Positions 10,458 to 21,063 of a DNA stretch of 64,000 nucleotides are shown in pieces. This stretch comes from Candidatus Latescibacterota bacterium (GTDB lineage Bacteria; Latescibacterota; UBA2968; GCA-2709665): positions 192,001 through 256,000 of the forward strand of contig OZ244937.1 in NCBI GenBank assembly GCA_965222075.1. Direction: 5' to 3'. Each line of letters starts with the position of its first letter. The stretch's first letter is position 1. The position numbers were made by a program, and so were the translations under genes. A model generated the notes under the pieces. That model was not told the origin of the DNA. It did not search any database and was given only the letters and a program-made list of their open reading frames with translations.

Positions 10458-12746
10458 ATGCCAAAAGCACGACCGCAGCGCGTCAGCATCACGATCCAGC
10501 CCCTGCCGGGGAACGAGCCCGACGAGCTCGAGGTCGCGTTTAAGGATGTGGACGGTTCAGAAGCCCGTGGGCACGACCTCACCCTCACCGCCGGCAAGGT
10601 CGGGACATGGGAGATCACGACGACCGCGGCCGACACGGTGGCTGCAGGCGGAGGGTTCCTCTTCCAGCGGCACACCTTCCTCTTCTCCTTTCGCATACAG
10701 GACTACAACCCGGAGGGCCGCGACTTCGTGACTTTCCAAAGCCAGACCGACGCCCGGCTGAGGCTGATCATCAACTCCGCCCGGCAGTCTCACCAGCCCA
10801 GTTTCGCGCAGGTGGTCGTGGAGGAGGGCGAAATGAAGGCCGGGGACCGCTTTACGATCCGGATCGGAGACCGCAGCCGGGGAGGCGCGGGCAGCGAAGT
10901 CTTCGACGTCACCGCCCTCGGTCGGATCCTGGGGGCCGTGGATCGAGACGGCAGCGGGACCTTTCGGGAATTCGCGTCCAATCCGTCCAGGATCCTGATT
11001 ACTTCGGACCCCAGACCCGCCTTGTTGCGGGTACTCGGGCCCTCGATCGTCCCGCCCGGCGAGCCCTTCCCGCTCAATCTGGTCGTGTTTGACGCGCATC
11101 ACAACGTGTGCGAGCAGTACCAGGGCGAGGTCGCCCTCTCCTCAGACGCCTCTGCGGTCACCGGCCTGCCCGATATCGTCTCATTCGGTCCCGAACACAA
11201 AGGGATCGTCATCCTGGAGGATCTCCGGATATCTGAGCCCGGTCTGCTCCGGCTGAAGGCAAAGGACGAGCGGAGGGGAATCCAGGCCTTGAGCAATCCG
11301 ATCCTCTGCAGGCAGCATCCAGAACGGCTGCTGCTGTGGGGAGGGTTCCATGGGCACACCTATGGCGACGCCGCAAACGCCCTGATCGATGACGCGAACT
11401 TCAAACTCAATCCGACCAGTCGGCACGACCAGGCCAGGCGGGTGGGTCGGTACGACTTCGGATCCCCCGGTCCCATGGCGCCGCAGCACCCCTCCGAGCG
11501 GTCCGGAATCTGGGAGGATCACCAGCAGGCCTACCGCAAAAACGACGAGCCCGGTCGTTACGTCCCCTTCCTGGCTTTGGAAGTCCACACCCGACCCGGG
11601 GGCGACCGGAACATGATCTTTCGCGAATGGGCGGACGCCTATTACACCCCCGCGTACGGTGACTGCCGCATGGAGAAGGTCATGGCCGAATATGCCGGCC
11701 GGGAGGACGTCATCCTGGAGGCGCACATCGGGGGCGGTCCGCCGGACTGGGTGGCCTACCGTCCGAAGCACGAGCCCCTGCTGGAGATCGCCAGCGGACA
11801 CGGCACCTTCGAGTGGGTGCTCCAGCTCGCCCTGGACTACGGCTACCGCCCGGCCGTCATTGGATCCGAAGACACCCACCTGGCGACGATGGGGGCCCCG
11901 ATGTCCGCCAAATGTTACATGGGAAGGTGGCAAAACATCGCCCTGGATTTCCGGGACACCGGCTTTGGCTGCGGACCCGTAGCCGCGGTCTGGGCGGAGC
12001 GGTGCGAGCGGAATGCCATCTGGAAGGCGGTCCGGGAGCGGCGCACCTTTGCCACCACCGGCGCCCGCATCATCCTGGATGTCTCCGTCAACGGCAGCCC
12101 AGGGGGCAGCGAGATCCAGTTCTCCGGCCCGGCCAGGATCGCCGTCAAGGCCCACGCCTACGCCCCCGTCCAGCGAGTGGACCTGATCCGAAACGACCGC
12201 TGCCTGCGCTCCTGGCATCCCGGAGAACTGGACATCGACCTGGAGCACGTCGACGAACAGCCGCTGCGGGAGGCGGCCTACTACGTTCGGCTGCGCCAGG
12301 AGGACGGGGAATACGCCTGGAGTACCCCGGTCTGGGCGGACTGCGCCGACGGCGCGGAGCAACCGGATGCGGACCTGCCCATGTGGAACGCCCACGAGGA
12401 GGTGGACCTGTCCGGGCTGCGCCCGAACGACGCCGAGACCTACGAGGGAGACCTGCGACGGTATCTGGAGGTGGAGGAGGACATCGATCAGTTTCACGAC
12501 ATCGCCCCGGTGAAGATCGTGGAGGAGGTCCCGGGTCGTTCCGCCCTCTTCTATGCCTACTTCGGCCCGGCCCGCGACCCGATCAGCATCCGGTGGTATT
12601 TCGAATTCCACATGCCCAGGATTCACCTGGACTGGGGCTGGCGGGACTTCGGGTTCCGGATTACGTCGCTCAGCCTCGAAAAAAAGTATCAACAGGCGGG
12701 GCGACCATTGGGGGTCCCACGGTCGCGAGGGCCTTCTGATGATTGA
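10458..12746 (+). CDS. DUF3604-like / PHP-fold metallohydrolase, paralogue 2
   Basis: Collinear with 848..3103; WGGFHGH, GSEDTH, RRTFATTGARI. GAGGAG RBS. Confidence 0.8.
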   Translation: MPKARPQRVSITIQPLPGNEPDELEVAFKDVDGSEARGHDLTLTAGKVGTWEITTTAADTVAAGGGFLFQRHTFLFSFRIQDYNPEGRDFVTFQSQTDARLRLIINSARQSHQPSFAQVVVEEGEMKAGDRFTIRIGDRSRGGAGSEVFDVTALGRILGAVDRDGSGTFREFASNPSRILITSDPRPALLRVLGPSIVPPGEPFPLNLVVFDAHHNVCEQYQGEVALSSDASAVTGLPDIVSFGPEHKGIVILEDLRISEPGLLRLKAKDERRGIQALSNPILCRQHPERLLLWGGFHGHTYGDAANALIDDANFKLNPTSRHDQARRVGRYDFGSPGPMAPQHPSERSGIWEDHQQAYRKNDEPGRYVPFLALEVHTRPGGDRNMIFREWADAYYTPAYGDCRMEKVMAEYAGREDVILEAHIGGGPPDWVAYRPKHEPLLEIASGHGTFEWVLQLALDYGYRPAVIGSEDTHLATMGAPMSAKCYMGRWQNIALDFRDTGFGCGPVAAVWAERCERNAIWKAVRERRTFATTGARIILDVSVNGSPGGSEIQFSGPARIAVKAHAYAPVQRVDLIRNDRCLRSWHPGELDIDLEHVDEQPLREAAYYVRLRQEDGEYAWSTPVWADCADGAEQPDADLPMWNAHEEVDLSGLRPNDAETYEGDLRRYLEVEEDIDQFHDIAPVKIVEEVPGRSALFYAYFGPARDPISIRWYFEFHMPRIHLDWGWRDFGFRITSLSLEKKYQQAGRPLGVPRSRGPSDD

Positions 12747-14820
12747 AAAGACGAAAGCCGCGTCCATTTCCATCTCTGCGAAAACCAGGATCGAAGCCGC
12801 CTACCGTGCCTACCTCACCGGCCTGATCGAGGGCCTTGAGCGCGCCTACGGACGCGTAAACGACACCTTTCCCGAATCGCGGGAGGAATGGGAATCCTGG
12901 GCACCACGACTTCGCAGGAAGCTGCGCCGGGACGTCCTGAAGTTTCCACCTGAGGACATACCTCTCAAGCCGCAGGTCCTGGACAGGCGGGAATACGAGG
13001 ACTACGCCATAGAGAAGCTCATCTATCAAACCGAGGAGGACCAGTTTATCACGGCCAACCTCTATCTGCCAAAGGAGGTCCAGTTCCCTGTACCGGGCAT
13101 AGCGGTCGGGACCGGCCACGGGGGAAGCAAATCTACCGATTACAACCAGTATGGTGGCCAGATCTACGCCCGGGCCGGATGCGTTGTGCTGATCCCCGAC
13201 AACATCGGGGAGGGAGACCGGCGATTTGGCGGAGGGCACTGGAGCCTGGCCGACTCAGGGACCCTCGTGGGCCGCCCGATTCAGGGGAAAATCATCTGGG
13301 ATTTCATGCGTGCGATCGATTACCTGTGCACGCGGCCCGAAGTCGACAGGGAGCGGATAGCCTGCATCGGCCACTCGCTGGGTGGGTTCATCTCTTCGTA
13401 TGCCGCGGCCCTCGACGAGCGCGTGAGCCTCGCCATTCCGGCCTCGAGTGCCGCCGTCAGCCACCTGGGCGAACAGTTCCGCGCCGTCTGCTGTTTTATG
13501 CCCTTCCGTGTCAACTGCTACGCCGACAGACCCGAGATCGTCAGCCTGATCGCCCCGCGGCCCTGTCTCCTCAACGCCGGGGCCCTGGACGGGGTGCGCA
13601 TCGAGCGGGTCAGAGAGACATACCGGGTGGCCGGCAGGGTGTATGGCCTGTTGGACGCCCGGGATAATCTGGCTCTGAACGTCGTCGAGAATGACGGACA
13701 CGCGCCCCTGCATCTGAACAAGGCGTCATTCGCCTTCATAGGAAAACACTTCGGGTTTCCCAGATTCGGAGCCGAGGAGATCCAGGGCCTGGGAGAAAGG
13801 ACCAACCCGGAGTTTCGCCAGTATCGGGAGACCCGGCTGGTCGATCTCCCGGTCGTCTATGAAGCGACTGAAACCGAGGAGGAGGGTCTGCACAAAAGCA
13901 CCGTCTGCCCTGCCCTCGACTGTCTCTCCCCGGATGAAGTCCGGGACCCCAGGTTCTCCACCTCGGGATGGCGGGAACGCGTGACCCGGGGCCTCCCGCC
14001 CGAATTTCAAATACCGGACTCAGGCGAACGGTGGAACCGGTGGCGTGAGGAGGGACGACAGAAGGTCCGAAAACTCCTGCGGATCCCGGGCTACTCCCCC
14101 ATCAACGCCAACCCGGACCGGATGCGGGCCCGGGTGCTCGAGAAAACCGGCCTGGAAGGGGGTCTGTCCCGCGAAGTGATTTGTCTGGGCGACCTGGAGA
14201 TCCTGGCCTTTCTCTGGCTCCCCCCCGCCGATGGACCGGTCCCGCTCGTCTTCTACCTGCACGGGAGCCGGACCGGCGAAGGGGCGTTCACGCCGGAGGT
14301 CCGTCAATGGCTGGACCGAAACGAAGCAGTCATCTCCCTCGACCTGGTTACGCTGAGCATGGGAGCGGGCAGCGATCTGGGCTGCGGGACCTCCGCCACC
14401 GCCGTGAACGTCGGCCAACTGAGATGTGCCCTGGAATTTGTCCAAAGCCGTGCGGAGATCGATCAATCTCGGTTCCGCTGCGTGGGAGAGGTGGACGACG
14501 TCGCTCTCTACTGGGGAATCGTGGAAGACCGGATCGACGATATCGTCCTGAGATCCAGAGGCGGGATGGAGCCCCAGGAAGTCTATCACATCACCAGCAG
14601 GTGGGGAGCCAAAGGCGGAGAACGCTACGAAGGGATCGTTCCCGAGGCGTGGATCCACTTCTCCAGGGCCGAACTCCTGAGCCTGTTGGCCCCCCGAAAT
14701 CTGACCCTCCAGTCGAAGGAGACCTCGGAGGATCTGGTAAAGGTCCGCCGGGTCTATGCCCTTCTGGGGGCCGAGGATCGGCTTCGAACATCCGGGAATG
14801 GCAGCGGTATCGACTGCTGA
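12739..14820 (+). CDS. two-module alpha/beta hydrolase (acetylxylan esterase / dienelactone hydrolase-like)
   Basis: GHGGSK, DFMRAIDYLCTRPEVD, nucleophile elbow GHSLGG, LIAPRP. Start at ATG 12739, overlapping the upstream stop (ATGATTGA). Confidence 0.82.
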   Translation: MIEKTKAASISISAKTRIEAAYRAYLTGLIEGLERAYGRVNDTFPESREEWESWAPRLRRKLRRDVLKFPPEDIPLKPQVLDRREYEDYAIEKLIYQTEEDQFITANLYLPKEVQFPVPGIAVGTGHGGSKSTDYNQYGGQIYARAGCVVLIPDNIGEGDRRFGGGHWSLADSGTLVGRPIQGKIIWDFMRAIDYLCTRPEVDRERIACIGHSLGGFISSYAAALDERVSLAIPASSAAVSHLGEQFRAVCCFMPFRVNCYADRPEIVSLIAPRPCLLNAGALDGVRIERVRETYRVAGRVYGLLDARDNLALNVVENDGHAPLHLNKASFAFIGKHFGFPRFGAEEIQGLGERTNPEFRQYRETRLVDLPVVYEATETEEEGLHKSTVCPALDCLSPDEVRDPRFSTSGWRERVTRGLPPEFQIPDSGERWNRWREEGRQKVRKLLRIPGYSPINANPDRMRARVLEKTGLEGGLSREVICLGDLEILAFLWLPPADGPVPLVFYLHGSRTGEGAFTPEVRQWLDRNEAVISLDLVTLSMGAGSDLGCGTSATAVNVGQLRCALEFVQSRAEIDQSRFRCVGEVDDVALYWGIVEDRIDDIVLRSRGGMEPQEVYHITSRWGAKGGERYEGIVPEAWIHFSRAELLSLLAPRNLTLQSKETSEDLVKVRRVYALLGAEDRLRTSGNGSGIDC

Positions 14821-14923
14821 TCGGCCTGGCAGCCCGTCGCGAACGGCCTGTCGCACCGCTCTGAGCGAGACCCACGCGGTTGCATTCAATCGAGTCTACG
14901 GAACTCTGTAAAAGGATTGCGCA

Positions 14924-16954
14924 ATGACGGAGAAATCGAGGCATCCATCCTGGTTTTCCGAGGGAATCGTATTCACGGGAAATTGGGAACCGCTTTTTAT
15001 GCGAAGACGAGCGGGACGAGCAAGATACAATGAAAGCGAACTCTATCTGGAAGAGCACAGCGAGTCCACCGTCAAAGAGCTGGCCGAAGCGGGCATCAAT
15101 CTGATCATCACGCACTTCACCAAGGGGGGCTCCGCCGAAGAGGAGGCTGAAGAGGTCGAGATGACCAGGCTCCTGGCCCAGCGCTGTCATCGATTCGGGA
15201 TCAAGCTCGGCACCTACATCCGCTATGATACCCTCTACCCAGACCTGCTGGGCGATCGCCCGGAAGCGTTGGGATGGGAGCGTCGCATGTGGGACGACTC
15301 CCGGCCCACCTACAGCCGGCAGTCGTTCAGAAAGCTCGCCTGCCCCACCTGTGAGGAACACCTGAAGTGGGTCGAGGAAAAGGTCGAGCTCGCGATCCGA
15401 TACGTCGAGGCGGACCTGATCCACTTCGACGGGTTCGAGGTCGGAAACGAACCCGCCTCCTGCCAGTGCACGCGCTGCCGTGAGGCGTTTCATCGGTTTC
15501 TGGTGGAAAAGTACGATGACGACCGTGAGCGGATGAAGGAGCGATTCGGACACACCCACCTCGATCGAATCGACCCCCCACACTATCACCCGGTCACAGC
15601 CCCGTTCGTTCCGGCCAACCCGGTGCCACAGCCCGTTGCGCAGGACTGGGCGGAGTTTCGCTGGTCCCTCACCGCCAGGATCCACCGACGTCTCTCGAAC
15701 CTGATTCGCAGCCTCAACCCGGAGGCGGCCGTGGAGGTGAACGGCGGGTTTTCCGTAGACCGCAACGCCTATGTAAGCCGCGGCGGAGACGTCGCCATAT
15801 ACGCCTCCAACAACGATGCGGTGTGGACCGAAGATCAGCACTGGCCCGGCATCCAGGACGGGGTCCTCGTCTCTCGGGTCCGGCAGTTCAAGTGCGTCCA
15901 GGGACTGGGCAACGTCGCATTCTCCTACATCAGGGGGGACACCGAACGCCAGCTGCGGCTCAGCTTTGGACAGGCCATGGCCTTCAACAACGGATCGCTC
16001 GGGCACGTCGGATCCGGGCTGCCGATGCAGGAGCCCTACTGGCCCGTCATCCGAAAGTGGCTCCGGTTCTTCCGATCGAACGAAGGCCTGCTCCAGGGGA
16101 CGACCGGACTCGCCCGCGTGGCCGTCCTCCGGCACCGCGCCTCGCTCGCGTTCGGCGGCGGCGAAGCCTACCGCAGTGCCGGAGTGGCCGAGCAGGTCTT
16201 GATCCAGTCGCACATCCCATTCGACATCCTCTACGATCAGCATCTGCCCGACCGCATCGGCAACTACGCCGCCATAATCCTCCCCAACGCCGTGTGTCTA
16301 TCCGATCAGGAGGCGGACCGGTTTCAGCGCTATGTTTCCGAAGGGGGTGGGCTGGTGGTGACCGAGCGGTCCGGATTCTTCGATGAGGTCCGGAGGGAGC
16401 GGGAAGATACCGTCCTGCGGCCCCTGGTCGGAGACCGGGCCCACCCGGCCTGGCTTGCCCGAAATGAAGGCCTGTTCGGGGGCAACCGGCGGATTCTCAC
16501 GCCCGAACAGAAGCTGGAGACGATCCAAAGGGAATTTGGGGAAGGGCGCGTCGCCTATCTCCCTGGAGCGACCTACCAGAACCAGGGCGCCCACATCTGG
16601 TCCCTGCCGGAAGACTGGAGAGAGCTGGAAGAGGCCGTGCGCTGGGCCGCCAACTCTCCCATGCCCATCCTCACCGACGCCCCGCCGACGGTGGTCTGTG
16701 AGCCGTTGTCCACGCACGATCGCCACCGGGTGGTCCATCTTGTGAATTATGACTTGACACACCCAGCGCAGAACATTACCCTAGATGCGGAGATTCCTGA
16801 GGACCGAACAGTTCGGCGCGTGAGACGGCATGACCTGGATGCGGACGCCCATCAGGATCTGTCTTACAACCTTCGAAACGGCCGCTGTCAGGTCCGGATC
16901 CCCGACCTGGACATCTATGCCCTGGTTGAGATTGAACTGGGAGAGCGCACGTGA
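14924..16954 (+). CDS. GH42-like glycoside hydrolase with beta-galactosidase trimerisation-type domain
   Basis: N-terminal barrel-like region with IHFDG and CQCTRC Zn motif. C-terminal IPFDIL...IILPNAVCLSD...YVSEGGGLVVT pattern. Confidence 0.7.
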   Translation: MTEKSRHPSWFSEGIVFTGNWEPLFMRRRAGRARYNESELYLEEHSESTVKELAEAGINLIITHFTKGGSAEEEAEEVEMTRLLAQRCHRFGIKLGTYIRYDTLYPDLLGDRPEALGWERRMWDDSRPTYSRQSFRKLACPTCEEHLKWVEEKVELAIRYVEADLIHFDGFEVGNEPASCQCTRCREAFHRFLVEKYDDDRERMKERFGHTHLDRIDPPHYHPVTAPFVPANPVPQPVAQDWAEFRWSLTARIHRRLSNLIRSLNPEAAVEVNGGFSVDRNAYVSRGGDVAIYASNNDAVWTEDQHWPGIQDGVLVSRVRQFKCVQGLGNVAFSYIRGDTERQLRLSFGQAMAFNNGSLGHVGSGLPMQEPYWPVIRKWLRFFRSNEGLLQGTTGLARVAVLRHRASLAFGGGEAYRSAGVAEQVLIQSHIPFDILYDQHLPDRIGNYAAIILPNAVCLSDQEADRFQRYVSEGGGLVVTERSGFFDEVRREREDTVLRPLVGDRAHPAWLARNEGLFGGNRRILTPEQKLETIQREFGEGRVAYLPGATYQNQGAHIWSLPEDWRELEEAVRWAANSPMPILTDAPPTVVCEPLSTHDRHRVVHLVNYDLTHPAQNITLDAEIPEDRTVRRVRRHDLDADAHQDLSYNLRNGRCQVRIPDLDIYALVEIELGERT

Positions 16955-18426
16955 TGCCTGACAGGCCCAATCTCTTGTTTATCTTTACCGACCAGCAGCG
17001 ATCTGACACGATGTGCTGCTACGGCAACACCTACATCCAGACCCCAAACCTGAATGCCCTGGCCGATAAAAGCTTCGTATTCGAGCACGCCTATGTCACC
17101 CAACCCGTCTGCACCCCGGCGCGTTCGACGATCATGACCGGCCTCTACCCCCACACGAACGGCTGCACCACAAACAATACGCCGCTCCGACCGGATACAC
17201 GGACCCTTGCCGAAATGGTCTCCGATGACTATCACTGTGGCTACTACGGCAAGTGGCACCTCGGCGACGAGGTGGTCCCCCAGCACGGCTTCGAGGATTG
17301 GGTCAGCATTGAGGACAACTATCGACAGTACTATTCCAAAAAGGAGTATCTCTCCCGACTCAGCGATCACTGCCGGTATCTGCTCGCCAACGGCTTCGAG
17401 CCCAACGCGCAAAAAGAGGGCGCCAGAGTCTTCAGCCGCCCCGTGGCGGCCCGGCTCCCCGAGCGGTTCACCAAGGCCGCCTTTCTGGGGCGGGAGTCCG
17501 CGCGCTTCATCCGCGAAAACCAGGACCGACCCTTCGTGCTCTACGTCAACTTCCTGGAGCCCCACTCCCCCTTTACCGGGCCGCTCGACGACCTCTATCC
17601 CCCCGACGAGATCCTCGTGGGGCCCCATTTTCTGCAAAAGCCCCCGGAAGATGCGCCCCTGCCCCACCGGATGCTCGCCGACCACTACACGCAGCAGTCC
17701 GACTACGAGGGTCTCGACCTGAGGACCGAGGCCGGCTGGCGCAAGCTTCGGGCGCAGTATCTGGGACTGGTCACGCTGGTCGACCGCGCAGTCGGCGAAA
17801 TCCTTTCCGCCCTCGACGAATCCGGCCAGGCCGACAACACCATCGTGGTCTTCACCAGCGACCACGGCGATATGATGGGCGACCACGGCATCGTTGCCAA
17901 GTGCGTACTCTACGAGGAAGCCGTCAAAGTGCCGCTGCTCGTGCGCGTGCCCTGGCTTGGGCGAGAGCATCGAATCGTGGAGGGACGTGTCAGCCAGATC
18001 GACCTGGTGCCCACGCTGCTCGACCTGATGGACGAGCCTGTCCCGGAGGGCCTGCAGGGGGAGAGCCGTGCGTCGACCCTTCGGGGGGAGGCCACGCTGG
18101 AGGACAACGACGCGTTCATCGAATGGATCGGTCACAACGGGCGGTTTCCTTCCGGGAACCGTCCTGGGTTCCCTCCGGACCCCTCCGATGAAAGGGTGAA
18201 CCGCCTGCTGGGGCTGCCGTGGCGGACGGTGGTCTCAGCGGAGGGTTGGAAGCTCAACCTGAGCCCGGAGGACCGGTGCGAGCTGTTCAATTTGAACGCC
18301 GATCCGGTTGAGCAGGTCAACCTCTTCGACGATTCGGCGCAGCGGGATCGGGTCCGAGACCTCACCGAACGGATCCGCCGCTGGCAGCAGCATACAGAAG
18401 ACAATGTCCCGCTTCCTTCAGTGTAA
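16954..18426 (+). CDS. sulfatase (subfamily A, copy 2)
   Basis: PNLLFIFTDQQR, CTPAR, GKWHLG, EPHSP, FTSDHG. ATG overlaps the upstream TGA (GTG 16951 is the alternative start). Confidence 0.95.
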   Translation: MPDRPNLLFIFTDQQRSDTMCCYGNTYIQTPNLNALADKSFVFEHAYVTQPVCTPARSTIMTGLYPHTNGCTTNNTPLRPDTRTLAEMVSDDYHCGYYGKWHLGDEVVPQHGFEDWVSIEDNYRQYYSKKEYLSRLSDHCRYLLANGFEPNAQKEGARVFSRPVAARLPERFTKAAFLGRESARFIRENQDRPFVLYVNFLEPHSPFTGPLDDLYPPDEILVGPHFLQKPPEDAPLPHRMLADHYTQQSDYEGLDLRTEAGWRKLRAQYLGLVTLVDRAVGEILSALDESGQADNTIVVFTSDHGDMMGDHGIVAKCVLYEEAVKVPLLVRVPWLGREHRIVEGRVSQIDLVPTLLDLMDEPVPEGLQGESRASTLRGEATLEDNDAFIEWIGHNGRFPSGNRPGFPPDPSDERVNRLLGLPWRTVVSAEGWKLNLSPEDRCELFNLNADPVEQVNLFDDSAQRDRVRDLTERIRRWQQHTEDNVPLPSV

Positions 18427-18578
18427 GGAAGCCGCCCAACAACGTTACCGCCGAAGGGCGCTTGGGGACGGCGAAACTTCGGCGAGTACCCTGCCCCTGG
18501 CAACCTTTGCCGAAAGCTACCCGTAAGGGCCCAGGTAAAAGGGGCCTGTCCATATCCATCATCGAAGCGAGGAAGCCG

Positions 18579-19613
18579 ATGCGAACTCTATCTTTCGAAG
18601 ACGACCTTGCTCAGCTCATCGATCAAGCCGAACCGTCTATGCTGTTTGAGGGGTCAACGCCGGAGGAGCTCGAGTCGTGGCAGGGGCGGTTCCGATCCAC
18701 ACTAAATGACCTGCTCGGCATCTGTCCGGAGCGGGCCGATCTCTGCCTCGAATACCTGGTGGAAGTGGACTGCGGGAACCACACACGCTACCGAATTCGG
18801 TATCAGACCGAACCCGAGGTTTACGTACCCGCTTACTTGCTCGTACCCAAGGACATCCCATCGGGTGAGCGAGTCCCCGGGCTGATCTGCCTGCACGGCC
18901 ACGGCCAATTCGGAAAAGACAGCATCGTGGGCATCGACGATTCACCGGAGCGAAAACAGGAGATCGACAGACTCCAGTACAACTTCGGTCAGAAGTTTGC
19001 GGAGCAGGGGTATGTGGTCCTGGCGCCCGACCTGCGGGGGTTCGGGGAGCGCCGACCCGATTACCCCGGTCCCCGGACCGACCACTGCCTCCGCGACTAC
19101 CTCTGCGCCACGCTGCTGGGCACATCGGTCGTGGCCCTGCATCTGTGCGACCTGGGGGCGGCCCTGGATGTCCTCCAGTCGCTGGAATACGTGGACGGGG
19201 AGAGGTTGGGCTGTGCCGGTCTGTCGCTGGGGGGCAGGATGACCATGATGATTTCTGCGATGGACCACCGCATCAAAATCGCCGTTCCCTCCGGTTGCAT
19301 GAGCCTGTATCAGGAGCGGTATCAGGCGTTATACCGGTGCGGCGCGCAGTTGATTCCCGGACTTCTGCTGTACGGCGACACGCCTGAAATCTTCTCGCTG
19401 ATCGCCCCCCGTCCGATGGTTATCGAATGGGGACTCAAGGACAGACTCGCCCCGCACGAATGGGCGGAGCGCGGTCTGACACGCATCCGCAGGGCCTACG
19501 AGGCCGCGGGTGTTCCGGATCGCCTGTTTGTGGACCGCTTCGACGCCGGGCATATGTTCCACATGGACGTCGCCCGGGACGTCTTGCAAAAGTGGCGAAG
19601 CGGCCTCCTCTGA
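18579..19613 (+). CDS. alpha/beta hydrolase (dienelactone hydrolase-like)
   Basis: PAYLLVP, CLHGHG, GLSLGG elbow, LIAPRP, C-terminal GH. Start set at ATG 18579 behind GAGGA. Confidence 0.85.
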   Translation: MRTLSFEDDLAQLIDQAEPSMLFEGSTPEELESWQGRFRSTLNDLLGICPERADLCLEYLVEVDCGNHTRYRIRYQTEPEVYVPAYLLVPKDIPSGERVPGLICLHGHGQFGKDSIVGIDDSPERKQEIDRLQYNFGQKFAEQGYVVLAPDLRGFGERRPDYPGPRTDHCLRDYLCATLLGTSVVALHLCDLGAALDVLQSLEYVDGERLGCAGLSLGGRMTMMISAMDHRIKIAVPSGCMSLYQERYQALYRCGAQLIPGLLLYGDTPEIFSLIAPRPMVIEWGLKDRLAPHEWAERGLTRIRRAYEAAGVPDRLFVDRFDAGHMFHMDVARDVLQKWRSGLL

Positions 19614-19650
19614 GTTCTCCGGGCGTGTCTTGAAAGGAGCGCGAGGTAGT

Positions 19651-19667
19651 ATTGGTAACTTGCCAAT
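19651..19667. promoter_or_regulatory. candidate palindromic operator upstream of the DegT pair
   Basis: ATTGGTAACTTGCCAAT is a dyad with one mismatched pair, in a relatively AT-rich intergenic gap about 100 bp upstream of 19766. Confidence 0.3.
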
Positions 19668-19765
19668 CGGCGAGAGAAAAAGGTGACTCGATAGCTCTGT
19701 AAAACTGCACTTTCTTTTTCTGTTCAACCTGGCGTTTCAAAATAAACAACCACAGGGAGGATTTC

Positions 19766-21034
19766 ATGGGTAGCTCGAATCTCGCCCTCAAGGGGGGACC
19801 GAAGGCGATTACCATCGACGACCTGGAGGAGTGGCAGGTATTTGGAAAGGCGGCGGCCGACCGGGTGGAAGACCGGGCGGCCGCCGCAGAGCTTTCAGCA
19901 CACGGGTTGGGGGTCACCAGGGAGTTTGAGCAGGCGTTTGCCGAGATGGTAGGCCAGCCCTACGTGCTGTCCCAGATGAACGGCACCTCCACCCTCTGGG
20001 GAGCCTACTTTGCGGTGGGGGTGGGTCCGGGAGACGAGGTGATCCACCCGACCTATAGCTGGATCGGGTCGGTTGCACCGGCGGTGTTCTTAGGCGCCCG
20101 TCCGGTCTTTTGCGAGGTGGACCCGGAGACGCTGACCGCCGATCCGGCAGACATCGAGCGTCGGATCACGGCGCACACGCGCGCGATCTGCGTGGTGCAC
20201 CTGTTTGGCAATCCGTGCGATATGGACGCGATTATGGAGATCTCCCGCCGCTACGGCATCCCGGTGGTCGAGGATTGCTCGCACGCGCACGGGGCGGAGT
20301 GGGATGGGAAGAAGGTGGGGGCGATCGGGGACATCGGGTGTTTCTCGCTTCAGGGGGAGGGGAGAGGCGCGATGAGCGTGGGAGAAGGAGGGGTGGCGGT
20401 GACGGCCGTGCGCGAGTATTACGAGCGGCTGTTGATCTGCGGGCATCTGAACCGTCGGGGGATCACAGAGGAACTGACGCGGCCGGAATACAAGGCACTG
20501 AGGAACACCTGTCTGGGGGTCAAGTTTCGGGCGCACGCGCTGGGGTTGAGTCTTGGAGTAGAGCAGGTCCGAAAATTGGACGAAGTCAACCAGAAGCGGC
20601 GAGCGGTACATCAGAAGTTCAACCAGATCGCCGAGGAGATTCCGGGTCTGGAGCCGGTAAAGGCCCTTGAAAAGGCAACGCTTGGAGGATTTTATGGATA
20701 CCGGTTGCTCTACAACGCCGATGAATTGGACGGGCTGTCGGTGGAGACGTTTATCGAGGCGCTGCAGGCGGAGGGAGCAGAGGTGACGGGGTGCGATTTT
20801 CCGCTGCTGCACACCCTGCCGCTGTTTGCAGAGGGGTTCGATCTCTACGGGGGGGACCGGGGGCCGCTGGCCGGGGACTATCCCGGCTACCGCGAGGGGG
20901 ACCTGCCGGTTTCGGAGGCGGTGCACAGACGGGTGTTGGCGCTGCCGGCGTTTACGGACCCCAAGCCTGGGGTGCTGGACCAGTACATGGAGGCCTTTCG
21001 GAAGGTAGTGGCGAATGCGGGGACGCTGAGATAG
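19766..21034 (+). CDS. DegT/DnrJ/EryC1/StrS-family PLP protein (Schiff-base Lys apparently absent)
   Basis: NGTSTL, GVGPGDEVI, VVHLFG, VEDCSHAHGA. The loop reads FSLQGEGRGAMSVGEGG. Confidence 0.9.
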   Translation: MGSSNLALKGGPKAITIDDLEEWQVFGKAAADRVEDRAAAAELSAHGLGVTREFEQAFAEMVGQPYVLSQMNGTSTLWGAYFAVGVGPGDEVIHPTYSWIGSVAPAVFLGARPVFCEVDPETLTADPADIERRITAHTRAICVVHLFGNPCDMDAIMEISRRYGIPVVEDCSHAHGAEWDGKKVGAIGDIGCFSLQGEGRGAMSVGEGGVAVTAVREYYERLLICGHLNRRGITEELTRPEYKALRNTCLGVKFRAHALGLSLGVEQVRKLDEVNQKRRAVHQKFNQIAEEIPGLEPVKALEKATLGGFYGYRLLYNADELDGLSVETFIEALQAEGAEVTGCDFPLLHTLPLFAEGFDLYGGDRGPLAGDYPGYREGDLPVSEAVHRRVLALPAFTDPKPGVLDQYMEAFRKVVANAGTLR

Positions 21035-21063
21035 ATTGCAATCCGAAATCGGAGGATAAGGCG

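Noticed and set aside
14591-16243. Long minus-strand ORFs (also 1574..2746, 11181..12773, 37326..38927, 56736..58445, 62445..63992)
   Set aside because: Each lies opposite a motif-supported + gene and has no recognisable motifs. These are typical antisense shadows in GC-rich DNA.
20791-21063. N-terminal extensions of ORFs 20791, 12553, 18462, 37464 and 5607
   Set aside because: They overlap upstream genes or intergenic DNA and have non-protein-like composition. Better downstream starts exist, or in the case of 5607 only a remnant is real.
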